A stretch of 25,331 nucleotides of DNA from a virus. Its lineage: Duplodnaviria > Caudoviricetes. The notes under the pieces were generated by a model. That model had not been told where the DNA came from. It saw only the letters and a list, made by a program, of their open reading frames with translations, and ran no database searches. Location of the stretch: positions 1-25,331 of the IMG/VR virus record IMGVR_UViG_3300011339_000081. One strand, 5' to 3'. Below, piece by piece: positions 6,332 to 15,797 of this stretch; positions within the stretch are counted from its first letter, which is position 1; each line of letters starts with the position of its first letter. Both the position numbers and the translations under genes were made by a program.

Positions 6332-8433
6332 TATTGGGCATTCAGTGCGTTTTGGTTTTCGGGGGCAAGAGCGTTTCTGACAGTAGACACGGTAGCCGCG
6401 CCAGTACCAGGCATCCAGCTAGACGGGTCGGAAAGAAATTTCAGCACGCGATTGCTTTCGGCGGCGGGCAATGTCTTTAACAAGTCCACAGCTCCTTGGG
6501 GCGTTTTAAACGCTTCGGTCAATATCTTCATGGACTTATTGCCGATTTTGCGCTCTAGCGTGTCCATTGCTGCATTGGCAGCGGTAACTTTTGCGGAGAA
6601 GAAAGACGGAAGCCGCAGACCAGATTGTTGTTGCGAGAGCAGCGCCACCAAAGCTTCTCTGCCTTCGGCTGCTTGGCCGGTTATGTTCATGTCGCGCGTC
6701 ACTTTGGCGGCTTGTTCGCGCAGCACGTCAAGCGTTTTGTTGCTTACATCTTTGGCGATGTTGTAGCTGCCAGGGCCAAGAATCTTCTCAACTTGGTCTG
6801 GTGAATTACCTTCGACCAAACTCAAAAATTCTTTCTTGTTGGTGCGGAACAATTCCAACGCTTTACCGGCCAGCTTTTGTTCAGCAATAGACGCCATGCC
6901 TTTGGAGTACGCGGCCAAGTAGTCTTTGTAGCCCACACCGCCTGCACCTTCAATGGCATCGTCAATGATGGGCTTCAGCTTGCTCAGAACACTGGCGGCG
7001 AGATTTTTCTGCGTAGTTGCGTCTGCGCCGGGGTTCAATTGTCGAATGGCGGCGTTGACCGAGTTTTTACGGATGGCGTCCAAGGCCACGGCGTCAATCA
7101 AACCGCCGCTTGTAGTCCACTTGGCAATATCGTCCGCAACGTTTTTAACGGCGGTAGACATCACGTCGTTGCCCGCAAATTCTGGGTTGGTCGCAACTGA
7201 TTTGATCTTGGTCACAAGCGCGGGCGCGTTCAACGGTTTGATGCCTGCCGAGCGTAGGCTGTCTGCGGCCCCTTGCGCCATCCGAGCGCCTTGACCTAAG
7301 TCAAGGGATGCATTTGCCGCTTGAGTCGCCCATTCGTCGGCCATACGCGCCAAGTCGCCCTTGTAGGTGTACTTGGTAAAGCCTACAGGCAAGCCTTTTT
7401 TAATCAATTCAAGTCGTGCGGCTGCTTCGGCGATATTGCCCGCGTTGACCAGATCGCGCACTTTTTGCACTTCAGCCGCTGCTTGTTGGCTCATGCTAGA
7501 AGCCCTAGACTCCAAGTCAGCCACATCTTTGCCAAGATTGGCGCGGGCCAGCGCGGTGTCGCGCATGGGCGTGGTGACGGCGGTGATGTTGTCTTTTTTA
7601 ACTTTTGCGGCTGCGCGGATTTCGGTTTCAGTGACGCCGCCAGCTATCTTGGCCAACTCATTCACCGCATCCTGCTCGTTCATGTTTTTGAGCGTCAGAG
7701 TGAACTTAGGATCTGCGGCCAACCGGCGTTCAATCAGCGCCTGCCATGTTGGATTGGTAATGCCTGCCGTGGCTTGCGCGGCGGTCTGATTTGCTGGCGC
7801 AGCCCGCAGCGCGTTTAGGACAGCGGGCACATCCGACTGAAGCGACGCGCGGGCAATGGTTGCCGCTTTGAGTTCCGGCGAGCGAAACACATCCATGACT
7901 TTACCCGCCGCCTTGCCAAGCAACGGTGCAACTACACGCCCGCCCGCTTCCATAGTAGCGCCTTCAAGGACGTTTTGAACTGGTTCGGCGGCAACTGCCA
8001 AACCTTGGCGCGGTGGTTCTATTCCTACTAATCGATCCGCACCTGACGTAATTTCTTTGGCGATGCCATAGCCTAGCCCCGCTCCACCGGCTACGCCAAG
8101 CGGGCCAAACGGCAATCCAGCCATGCCGCCAAGCCCAGCGCTTACAGCCTCTAAAGTAGGAGCCGTGTACTCACGTATTGTTTTATAAGTTTGCTGCCCG
8201 GGTGTCAATTGTTGACGCGGCGCGGGCATTCCTTCTGGGGTGGGCGCAGCAGGTTCGGCGGGGAGCGCAGGTGAAAACACCCCAAATTTCTGCCGAATGG
8301 CAATTTGCGTATCAGTGTTTGCGTTGATAAAGTTAGGGTCTTGTGCCGAAAATTTATCAAAAATAGCTTGCTTCGTTACGCCATCAGCGTTGACGTAATT
8401 TGGGTCGGTGAGGAGTGATTTTAGGTCGGCCAT
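6331..8433 (-). CDS. Putative internal virion / DNA ejection protein (700 aa)
   Basis: Large Ala-rich helical protein with a Gly-rich hydrophobic segment (AGLGGMAGLPFGPLGVAGGAGLGYG). Third of three genes at the P22 gp7/gp20/gp16 position. Confidence 0.65.
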   Translation of the reverse strand: MADLKSLLTDPNYVNADGVTKQAIFDKFSAQDPNFINANTDTQIAIRQKFGVFSPALPAEPAAPTPEGMPAPRQQLTPGQQTYKTIREYTAPTLEAVSAGLGGMAGLPFGPLGVAGGAGLGYGIAKEITSGADRLVGIEPPRQGLAVAAEPVQNVLEGATMEAGGRVVAPLLGKAAGKVMDVFRSPELKAATIARASLQSDVPAVLNALRAAPANQTAAQATAGITNPTWQALIERRLAADPKFTLTLKNMNEQDAVNELAKIAGGVTETEIRAAAKVKKDNITAVTTPMRDTALARANLGKDVADLESRASSMSQQAAAEVQKVRDLVNAGNIAEAAARLELIKKGLPVGFTKYTYKGDLARMADEWATQAANASLDLGQGARMAQGAADSLRSAGIKPLNAPALVTKIKSVATNPEFAGNDVMSTAVKNVADDIAKWTTSGGLIDAVALDAIRKNSVNAAIRQLNPGADATTQKNLAASVLSKLKPIIDDAIEGAGGVGYKDYLAAYSKGMASIAEQKLAGKALELFRTNKKEFLSLVEGNSPDQVEKILGPGSYNIAKDVSNKTLDVLREQAAKVTRDMNITGQAAEGREALVALLSQQQSGLRLPSFFSAKVTAANAAMDTLERKIGNKSMKILTEAFKTPQGAVDLLKTLPAAESNRVLKFLSDPSSWMPGTGAATVSTVRNALAPENQNALNAQ

Positions 8434-8435
8434 TG

Positions 8436-10529
8436 TTAATCCCTCAACAACGGATTGCTACGGTCTACTCCACGGCCACTAGAGGCTGCTGGCGCAGCAA
8501 CGCCCCTATTTGCGCGGTAATCGTATGTCGCGTCAAAGGCTTCTTTTACGCGGGCCTTAGATTCGCGGGCTTGATTTGCCGCTTTAAGCAGATTTGCTTT
8601 CAAATCCGCAGTGTCTTGGGTACGGTTGATTGCCGCCCACGCATCACGCAAATATTGACCTTCTTGGTTCGATACGTTGCCCAGCGCGCCACCGGTTGGG
8701 GACGCCGCCCGCATATTTTGCAATTCTGCGAAGCCACCGCGCGCCACAATAGAGTCGTACAGCGCTTGGGCCGCACGGGCGTCTTTAGTAACCGCCGGGG
8801 TACGACCATAGATCAAACCGGAAATGCCGGTCAAGCCAGGGTGGTTGGCCAAAGTCTCAATATCCTTGGCCAAGCCTTCTGTTTTAGTTTCAAGCGTTTT
8901 GACCGCTTGCAAGGCTTGCGGGTATTTAGCCTCACGGGCTTGAATTTCTTTTGGCGCAAGCCCTTCAATAGCCGTTGCGGGGGTTTTTCCAATTGCTTCT
9001 GCACGGTCAACGTAAATAACGCTGCCTGGACGATCTGGATTTTCTACAGCAACCGGCATAGTCACACTTATTGCTGGCGCGTGTTCGGAATGCGACTTCA
9101 ACCAAGCGTTTCTTAGCTTGCTTTTTTCTGCTTCGGGCAAATTCGACGCGGCCAATCCTCTTTCGAAATCGCTCATGGCTTTTTCAGGGATGTGGTTCAG
9201 CTTTGCAAGTTGCAGCCTAGCGTTTGTTTTTTGCGCTTCGGTTGCTCTTGGGTCATCAAGAACGGCCTGTTCTTTTTGCGACGCAGTGCGGTCATCGCGT
9301 TGTTGGTTCTTAACCTTAATTTGATCGGCAAGGTCTTCAGCTTTTCGTAACTGCCCAGCTTTACGCGCGGTAATTTCCGCATCCACTAATTTTTCCATTT
9401 CAGCGCGGTCATCGCGCAACTGATTTTTAACTTTAATTTGATCGGCAATAACGTCAGCTTCTTTTGTTTTTCCTGCTGCGCGCAAATCGGCTTCTTCGCG
9501 TTGCAATCTTAAAATGTCAGACGGCGCGGCGGCGGCGGTGAGTGTGCCCGCGCCAGGAATAATAGTCGTGCCATCCGCACGCATATTGATGGGCGCGCTT
9601 ATTTCTTTCAGCCGCGCTTCATGGCGTTTTATTTCGTCTTCTCTGCCTTTTGACGGCGGCATTCTTTCCAAAACAGCTAGCCGATCTATTAGTGTCTTAC
9701 GTTCTGCATTTACTGCTTGAAGCGTAGCTTCGTTGCCTGTCAAAGCGTTAACCGAAGCAGCGGCGGGGGCCAAAGTGTTAAGAGCAACGGGAACCAGTTT
9801 GCCAGCAGCAGCAACGGGTCTAGCTTGCACTCCCTCTGCAACTGGTTGTGCCCCAGGCACAGCCAGCGCCGCGCGGGTATCGTCAACCGTACCAGTTGGA
9901 ACCGCGCCTGGAAGCGGTGGCAACGACGCAATGCGTTTAGCTTCATTTGCTCTTTCGCGGGCGGCTGTTACGGCGTCAATAGCGCTTTTGGCGTCTAAAT
10001 TAAGATGCGCCGCAGTCCATTGATCTGGGTCTCTCCTGTACATTGCTATGTTTTCAGCAATTGCTTGGTCTAGCGGTTTAATTTCTTTTGCCAACGCACC
10101 CAAAACTGGGTGTGCATACGTCGCCCTAATAAAATCTTCAACGCCTTTTTCACTGGTTGCTGCGGCGATGGGAGAATTAGCTTGAAGAAAACTTTTTTGC
10201 GTTAAACCAAAAATTTCAGACGATAATTTATCACCTTCCAATCCAGCTTTTTTCTGCTCGGCAATTGCTTTGGCATAGCCCAGACCTGTCTTACCGAACG
10301 CCAACAACCGGCGCTGATTTTCAACAGTATTTAAGTCTGGATTGCCAGACAGAAAATTCTTAGCGCCTTCTTCTTCTTGCATAGCCCGTTGGGCGGCAGA
10401 CATCTGCATCTGCCCAAGCTGGTTTTGCTGCACGGCGTTTTGAATGCCGACAGCTTGGCCGTATTGAGCCAATGGGCTTTCAATCTGGAGAGGTTGCGCG
10501 CCTAACGCGATTCGTGTGTCAAGGGGCAT
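8436..10529 (-). CDS. Putative internal virion / DNA ejection protein (697 aa)
   Basis: Ala/Gln/Glu-rich helical protein with C-terminal GGALGNVSNQEG motif. Middle gene of the ejection trio. Confidence 0.65.
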   Translation of the reverse strand: MPLDTRIALGAQPLQIESPLAQYGQAVGIQNAVQQNQLGQMQMSAAQRAMQEEEGAKNFLSGNPDLNTVENQRRLLAFGKTGLGYAKAIAEQKKAGLEGDKLSSEIFGLTQKSFLQANSPIAAATSEKGVEDFIRATYAHPVLGALAKEIKPLDQAIAENIAMYRRDPDQWTAAHLNLDAKSAIDAVTAARERANEAKRIASLPPLPGAVPTGTVDDTRAALAVPGAQPVAEGVQARPVAAAGKLVPVALNTLAPAAASVNALTGNEATLQAVNAERKTLIDRLAVLERMPPSKGREDEIKRHEARLKEISAPINMRADGTTIIPGAGTLTAAAAPSDILRLQREEADLRAAGKTKEADVIADQIKVKNQLRDDRAEMEKLVDAEITARKAGQLRKAEDLADQIKVKNQQRDDRTASQKEQAVLDDPRATEAQKTNARLQLAKLNHIPEKAMSDFERGLAASNLPEAEKSKLRNAWLKSHSEHAPAISVTMPVAVENPDRPGSVIYVDRAEAIGKTPATAIEGLAPKEIQAREAKYPQALQAVKTLETKTEGLAKDIETLANHPGLTGISGLIYGRTPAVTKDARAAQALYDSIVARGGFAELQNMRAASPTGGALGNVSNQEGQYLRDAWAAINRTQDTADLKANLLKAANQARESKARVKEAFDATYDYRANRGVAAPAASSGRGVDRSNPLLRD
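9288..9448 (-). repeat. Internal 117-bp-period (39 aa) duplication, ADQIKVKNQxRDDR x2
   Basis: Near-identical 44-nt cores starting at 9288 and 9405. Confidence 0.85.
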
Positions 10530-10541
10530 GGTATCTCCGAT

Positions 10542-11306
10542 TTATCCGTAGAAAGCAGGTGCGGCTGTTGGTGCGCCAATGTACCCCGCCGGAACCCCTC
10601 CGGTGTTGCCTTTAAGCGCGGCTAGTAGATTTTGCTGGTTGCTGTAGTTCAGATATGATCCCAAACCGCTGGTGAGCGCGTTAGACGTTCCCATGTAACC
10701 AGACGCACGGGCGTTGGCCGAACCCATGTAGCCTTCGCCTGTAGCGTTAGCCCCCGCCATGCCGTAGTTGCCCACATTGGACGCCATTGTCTGACCCGCA
10801 GAGCCTAGATTGGATGCAGTGGTTCCACCCATGCCCGTCAATGCTTGCAATGGCCCAAGGCGCGCTTGACGTTCAGCTTGGTAACGGTTGAATGCGTTGG
10901 TGTACTCTTGCGAACCCATGTCCTGACCAAAGCGTGTAGCAGCCTTTAATGCGCCGCCAGATATTAGCCCGCCGCGTGCAGCGGCAGAACGTTCTAGCGC
11001 CTTTTGGCCTTCCGACAAGCGGAATCCATAGCCTGGGTCGGCTTGAAATTGTTCCATGCTGAATGGCGTGTACCGAGATGCCGACACCAACTCGGGCAAA
11101 GCATTGACGCCTGCCTGATAGAACGGTTGCTGGCGCTCGACGTTTTCGCGGTACTGCTGCTGCTGCAAGTCTGCTGCGTATTTGGACGCAGCCGCTTGCG
11201 TTTCCGCCGCCCGAGTTGCGGCGTCAGATTGTTCGCCTGCGGCTCTATTAGCTGAGTACGCGCCAAGTAACGCGCTTCCTCCAATGGCTGCTGCTACCCA
11301 TGGCAT
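10542..11306 (-). CDS. DNA transfer/ejection protein, P22 gp7-like (254 aa)
   Basis: Hydrophobic Gly/Ala N-terminus, Gln-rich helix, DPGYGFRLSEGQKALERSAAARGGLISG motif. First of the ejection trio. Confidence 0.75.
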   Translation of the reverse strand: MPWVAAAIGGSALLGAYSANRAAGEQSDAATRAAETQAAASKYAADLQQQQYRENVERQQPFYQAGVNALPELVSASRYTPFSMEQFQADPGYGFRLSEGQKALERSAAARGGLISGGALKAATRFGQDMGSQEYTNAFNRYQAERQARLGPLQALTGMGGTTASNLGSAGQTMASNVGNYGMAGANATGEGYMGSANARASGYMGTSNALTSGLGSYLNYSNQQNLLAALKGNTGGVPAGYIGAPTAAPAFYG

Positions 11307-11307
11307 A

Positions 11308-11670
11308 TCAAACTCCTTCGCTCATAATTTGAGCAATATTTTGGATCTGAACGCCATTTGCAGGCGCTATAAGAACTTCATCTATCTCGTCTTCGTCCGT
11401 GCAATCCGTTGCGTGAATGCAATACCAAACTACGTCTGTGATCGATTTTACGCCGTGGTGTCTTCCCGCGCTAATGCTAAGGCAGGCAGGAGCGTGCAAG
11501 ATAGACGTTTCGCCGTCAACAATCAATTCAATGGAACCACTTGCCAAGATAGACAAATGGCTGTGCTTGTGGGTATGCTGAACCAACCAGCTTCCAGCGG
11601 GGATGCGCGTTTCCTTGGCGTACACGCCGCTAGAAAAATGATGCTTGATCTCAGGGTCAATGAAATTCAT
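11308..11670 (-). CDS. Cupin-fold protein (120 aa)
   Basis: HHF..GVYAKE..IPAG.....HTHKHSH......G and AGRHH match cupin motifs 1 and 2. Confidence 0.8.
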   Translation of the reverse strand: MNFIDPEIKHHFSSGVYAKETRIPAGSWLVQHTHKHSHLSILASGSIELIVDGETSILHAPACLSISAGRHHGVKSITDVVWYCIHATDCTDEDEIDEVLIAPANGVQIQNIAQIMSEGV

Positions 11671-11676
11671 GTTATT

Positions 11677-12510
11677 TTAGTTTCGAGTCTGCATAATAAT
11701 CCAGTTAGTGCCGTCGGACACCAAAGTCGCCCAGTTGCCTACCACACCCAAAAGGATGGCCGTACCAGCAGTCGTGCTGGTAATTGGCACAACATTGCTA
11801 GATGCTGACACAATTGTTTGGGCTTGTATATTCTTGAAAATCAATTGCCGCCCGACCCAAGACGCGGCAGCGGGTAGCGTAACGGTACAGGTGGAACCTG
11901 ACTTGTTGTTGATGAGCCAGGCTTCGCCGTCGGCCACAGTGAAGTCGGCTGTTTTGACGACCGGTGCAGATAGTGTGTCTGGAGTTTTCCAAGTCGGAAC
12001 TCCAGCGCCAGCGCTGGTCAGCACTTGGCCGGAAGTCCCCGCCGCCGTAAATCCGTATGCCGTACCCGTGCCATAGGGCACAGCGCCAGCCGTAGGCGCC
12101 GAAGAACCGTTTGTTCCACCATTGGCAATAGCCAAGGTGCCTGCAAGCGTTATAGCGCCTGTGGTGGCCGTTGCTGGCGTCAGGCCGGTAGTGCCGCCTG
12201 AAAAAGACACCACGCCCGAACTGGTAAGGGTGATAGTTCCTGCTGCGTTGGTGATTGTGATGCCGCCGCCGGCCGTCAGCGTATTAAGGGCATATCCTGT
12301 GCCATTGCCAATCAGCAACTGACCGTTGGTGGGGGTAGTGCCTACCCCTGTACCACCGCTAGTTACTGGAATAATGCCAGTGCCTGTTCCAACAATGTCA
12401 TATAAGCTGTAAAACCAACGATACCATTCTCGCGAAACCGCACCTGTGCGCGCATCAATGAGCGACACTCTTGGCGGCGTAATTTGGGTAGCGTTTAGGT
12501 TTGTTGCCAT
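11677..12510 (-). CDS. Tail-associated fibre/needle-like protein (277 aa)
   Basis: Follows the gp10-like hub. N-terminal PPRV.LID..TG.VSREWYRWF, Gly/Thr-rich GGTG repeats, C-terminal beta-rich domain ending SDGTNW. Confidence 0.6.
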   Translation of the reverse strand: MATNLNATQITPPRVSLIDARTGAVSREWYRWFYSLYDIVGTGTGIIPVTSGGTGVGTTPTNGQLLIGNGTGYALNTLTAGGGITITNAAGTITLTSSGVVSFSGGTTGLTPATATTGAITLAGTLAIANGGTNGSSAPTAGAVPYGTGTAYGFTAAGTSGQVLTSAGAGVPTWKTPDTLSAPVVKTADFTVADGEAWLINNKSGSTCTVTLPAAASWVGRQLIFKNIQAQTIVSASSNVVPITSTTAGTAILLGVVGNWATLVSDGTNWIIMQTRN

Positions 12511-12512
12511 AT

Positions 12513-13955
12513 TTAAGCATTGGTCGGGCTGAGTATCAATTCAGCGCCCATGATGACAATCTTGATTGGGTCAGTGCCGGACACCTCGTACACCCGGTCG
12601 CGCAGTTTGAGCGTCATGCCCAGCCGCCGCCAAAAGACGCGGTGGTAGTACGCACCAATCTTGCCCATTGAAGACCAATGTTCATTGCTCCAAGTGTGGC
12701 CGCCGTCATCCGACCAACGCAACATAGCTTGGGGATCGGAGCCTTGGCCGTTATTCAGACCAACGCCCGACTCGCAGTTCAACTGCAAGCTGTGATGCGC
12801 GGTGCGCTTGAGATTGTTCTGCCCTGACGGCAGCGCTCGCCATGAACGCAGCCACTTTTGGATGCCTCCGTTGTCGGCGTAAACATCAAGATCTAACGTG
12901 TAGATGTTGCCGTTCTCGTAGTCACCCACAATGATGTTGCCGCCAAAATTGCACTGACAATTGCTGCGGTGGCGGGTGAACTCGCCGTTGTCCCAGCCCG
13001 CACGCTCGTGCCATGCCTGAGTCGCAACGTCGTACACCCAAGTGGCGTTGCCCGACGGGAATGTCAGCACATAGAAAGCATGGCCTTCTTGTTGATAAGT
13101 GTAGGCAATAGCATCTGAGATGTTGCCGTATTGGGCAATTGCATACTCAATCGCGTGCGTAGAGATGCGTTGGCCGGTGTAACCATTGGCTCGGTAGACA
13201 ATGCCTTGGCCGCGTGCATCTGTGCCCAGCCAAAACAGGCCGTTGTCCATCTTAGCAATGGTGTACGCTGACACGCAACCGATTTCATTGAAAGCGCCTT
13301 GGATGCGGGTTAGCGGGAAGTCAGCAGCGCCTGAGTCGTACCAAACTTCCACGGAATCAGTGCCAAACACCCACAGTTCGCGGTGATCAGAAATAATGCC
13401 CACTACGCCGTCTGGTGAGCCTTCGGCGCTTGCAAAGTCCAACGGGTCAACAGATTGACCATTTAACAATTCCGAAACCCAAATGATTTGGCTGTTTGGC
13501 TGGTTAAAGACAAAGTACCCGTCAAGATACGCCACCGTCACAGCGCCAGCAAAGTCTGGGTCTGTGATTTGCGCGAACACGTTGGTGGTCTCGTTGTAGA
13601 TGTAGCCGTCGGGGTTGCAGGCAAAGAAAATTTGTGTCCCGTTATCCGCAATCGATACCGGCCCCGTGCCGGACACTGTGCCCAACAATGTCGGTGTGGC
13701 CGTCAAGCCGGTCAGCTTGTAAACTTCTTGGCCCGATACGACATAGAAGTCGCTGCCGTTGGTCTGGTGCGCCCACAAAGCGCGAATTGGGCCTGTGCCC
13801 ACTGATTGCAAAAAGTTGAGGCCGGGGGCACGGTTGAGGAACGCGGCGGTCTGCCCGTTGTCCGGCGTCATCTCCGGAAACAGGTTAACCATCCTGTTGT
13901 CCGCAGCATTGATACTGCGGGCGACGTAGGACGCGCCGAGTATCGGGGTCTGCAT
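12513..13955 (-). CDS. Packaged-DNA stabilisation / tail hub protein, P22 gp10-like (480 aa)
   Basis: Size, beta-propeller-like composition (VSIADNG, YLDGYFVF, FASAEGSPD, LRWSDDGGHTWS) and synteny. Confidence 0.85.
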   Translation of the reverse strand: MQTPILGASYVARSINAADNRMVNLFPEMTPDNGQTAAFLNRAPGLNFLQSVGTGPIRALWAHQTNGSDFYVVSGQEVYKLTGLTATPTLLGTVSGTGPVSIADNGTQIFFACNPDGYIYNETTNVFAQITDPDFAGAVTVAYLDGYFVFNQPNSQIIWVSELLNGQSVDPLDFASAEGSPDGVVGIISDHRELWVFGTDSVEVWYDSGAADFPLTRIQGAFNEIGCVSAYTIAKMDNGLFWLGTDARGQGIVYRANGYTGQRISTHAIEYAIAQYGNISDAIAYTYQQEGHAFYVLTFPSGNATWVYDVATQAWHERAGWDNGEFTRHRSNCQCNFGGNIIVGDYENGNIYTLDLDVYADNGGIQKWLRSWRALPSGQNNLKRTAHHSLQLNCESGVGLNNGQGSDPQAMLRWSDDGGHTWSNEHWSSMGKIGAYYHRVFWRRLGMTLKLRDRVYEVSGTDPIKIVIMGAELILSPTNA

Positions 13956-14671
13956 CAGTAGTTTCCTGCGTAGATGTTGAACCGCTGGCGGCTCGCCACA
14001 ATTGCGTACGGCATCGACATCACATCATCAGGGTTGTTGATGCGCTTCAGATTGCGTTTGCTGGTCATAGCAATGCGTGTCACTTGCGGGCTGGGTTCGA
14101 CGCCGAACTCAGGTGCAATCTCCATCGCCAAGTTATAGGTAAACGCCCGCAGATAACCGGGAGGAAAAGCCAGCACAGTCGTTAGTGTGGCGGGCGTTGA
14201 CAATTCTTCAACGCTGATAAAGTGCCATTCCAAGTCCCGCGTGGGCTTGGGGTAGATGTACATATCGACATCGGGGTATGTCATGTTGATAAACAACACT
14301 TGCGGATATGTAGATGTAACCGTCTTCACAGCAATACCATCGTACTGCTGTTGGTTGATCATTTTTATACCGAAGCTAACATTGGTGCCTGGGTCGCGGT
14401 AGTAGGTTGCGTCATCTAGCAAAATGGGCCGGTTGCCAACAAAGTCGCCGGTTGGGCCAAGTGTGCGGTTGATAAACCCAGCAGGCCAAGTAAACATTTG
14501 GTCTTGAGTGCTGAACACTGATAGACGCTCAGTGTTCCACGAATCAATCATTTGATTCATCGCCATCAGTGAGTCTTGCGACACTGATGCGGAGGTAGTC
14601 TCGCCTTCGGCTAAAACGCCAAGCAACCGCAGCGCCCGGTTGATTTGGTCACCCGCAGTGTAAGTTGCCAT
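13955..14671 (-). CDS. Head-tail adaptor / tail tubular protein (P22 gp4 position; 238 aa)
   Basis: TAGDQINRALRLLGVLAEGE...MNQMIDSW N-terminus and PPGY..A..YNLA.EIAPEFG C-terminus. Immediately upstream of the gp10-like gene. Confidence 0.75.
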   Translation of the reverse strand: MATYTAGDQINRALRLLGVLAEGETTSASVSQDSLMAMNQMIDSWNTERLSVFSTQDQMFTWPAGFINRTLGPTGDFVGNRPILLDDATYYRDPGTNVSFGIKMINQQQYDGIAVKTVTSTYPQVLFINMTYPDVDMYIYPKPTRDLEWHFISVEELSTPATLTTVLAFPPGYLRAFTYNLAMEIAPEFGVEPSPQVTRIAMTSKRNLKRINNPDDVMSMPYAIVASRQRFNIYAGNY

Positions 14672-14673
14672 AG

Positions 14674-14859
14674 CTAGACCCCTTGTGGTTCAACTTTTCT
14701 ACGCCGCTTTACTTCCAGGACGTTTACAGGAGCCGCCAACTCAAAATTGGGCGTATCTTCATTGTATCGCACCCAACCGTTTTTCTCATCGGCTTCTGCT
14801 TCAAGATCCATAGTGGCGACTTTTCTGCCGTGGATGGGGTGCTTTAGGTATATGACCAT
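14674..14859 (-). CDS. Hypothetical protein (61 aa)
   Basis: Fills the gap between the terminator and the adaptor. IYLKHPIHG.KVA motif, basic C-terminus. Confidence 0.65.
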   Translation of the reverse strand: MVIYLKHPIHGRKVATMDLEAEADEKNGWVRYNEDTPNFELAAPVNVLEVKRRRKVEPQGV

Positions 14860-14865
14860 AGGTGA

Positions 14866-14887
14866 GAAAGGGGGCTTGTGGCCCCCT
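14866..14887 (-). terminator. Rho-independent terminator (possibly leaky)
   Basis: On the - strand: AGGGGGC-CACAA-GCCCCCT followed by TTCT, just after the stop of the 138-aa gene. Confidence 0.7.
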
Positions 14888-14891
14888 CCTT

Positions 14892-15308
14892 TTAAGACGC
14901 GCCGTGGATGATGGAGAAGTTGATAATGACAGCTTCAGAATATGAAGTGGCCGCAGTCAAGTTTCGCAACGTAATCAAGGCAGAGCCAGCAGCTAGATAG
15001 GAAACGTAAGTGGTGTAAGCACCAGCAGCGCTACCAGTCGTATTGCTAGAGACACACACAATGATTGTGTCATTTGCAGAGATCATGCTGTTGGTCAGAA
15101 TGAACGACACTGCGGTGGCTCCGGCCAACGCTGCGTTGTTCATTGTGATGCGGCCAGCACTGGTATTCAGCGTCACGCCCGTAGATTTGCTGGTCAACTG
15201 CGTTACCGCACCTTGGGCTGCTGCGCTGTAGCCAATTTCTTGGCTTGCGTAGCAGGTAGTAAATTCGGGGTCGCTATACGCAACACCTACTGATTGGCTA
15301 TTTGGCAT
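14892..15308 (-). CDS. Putative capsid decoration / structural protein (138 aa)
   Basis: Ser/Thr/Ala-rich beta protein (GAVTQLTSKSTGVTLN...GRITMNNAALA) downstream of the coat gene. AAGGA RBS. Confidence 0.6.
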   Translation of the reverse strand: MPNSQSVGVAYSDPEFTTCYASQEIGYSAAAQGAVTQLTSKSTGVTLNTSAGRITMNNAALAGATAVSFILTNSMISANDTIIVCVSSNTTGSAAGAYTTYVSYLAAGSALITLRNLTAATSYSEAVIINFSIIHGAS

Positions 15309-15319
15309 GATGTTTCCTT

Positions 15320-15344
15320 AAAAACAGGGGTCGAAACCCCCGTT
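15320..15344 (-). terminator. Rho-independent terminator
   Basis: On the - strand: GGGGT-TTCG-ACCCC followed by TGTTTTT. Confidence 0.8.
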
Positions 15345-15348
15345 AGGT

Positions 15349-15771
15349 TTAGGCCACGCGGTACACAGAGTACGCAGCATCGCCGGTTTTGCGGAACAAG
15401 AATTGCCCCACGCCGCCAACGCCTGCCGCGCTACCAGTAATCGCAACAACCAAGTTGCCGACCGCAGTGATGCCAGTTCCAACAGCCATCGTAATCAGGC
15501 CAGTTGAAGTGCCCAAGTTGATGACGGTCAGGTCAAACGTACTGTTGACTTTTGCGTTGGTAAATACCGCGTCAATTGCAGCAGCAGTTGGGAACGTGTA
15601 AGTCGCCGCCGTAGTCGACGGGTTGCCAACCAAGATGCCGCCAGTGGTTTGTGCAACGGTCAGAGTGGCCGTAGCAGTCGCCGTATTAGGCGCTGCTTGA
15701 ACGCCCATAATGATTTCATTGGTGTTACCGTCGGTGAATTGATACCCACCACCAGAGTTAGGAATAGCCAT
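15349..15771 (-). CDS. Putative capsid decoration/cement protein (140 aa)
   Basis: Immediately after the coat gene and before the first terminator. Thr/Ala/Gly-rich beta protein with AAGGA RBS. Confidence 0.65.
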   Translation of the reverse strand: MAIPNSGGGYQFTDGNTNEIIMGVQAAPNTATATATLTVAQTTGGILVGNPSTTAATYTFPTAAAIDAVFTNAKVNSTFDLTVINLGTSTGLITMAVGTGITAVGNLVVAITGSAAGVGGVGQFLFRKTGDAAYSVYRVA

Positions 15772-15797
15772 GATAATTTTCCTTTAGAAAGAGTTGA

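Noticed and set aside
5278-12322. Several + strand ORFs of 100-233 aa opposite the fibre, ejection and tail genes
   Set aside because: These are shadow ORFs of low-complexity Thr/Ala/Gly-rich genes, with no independent support.
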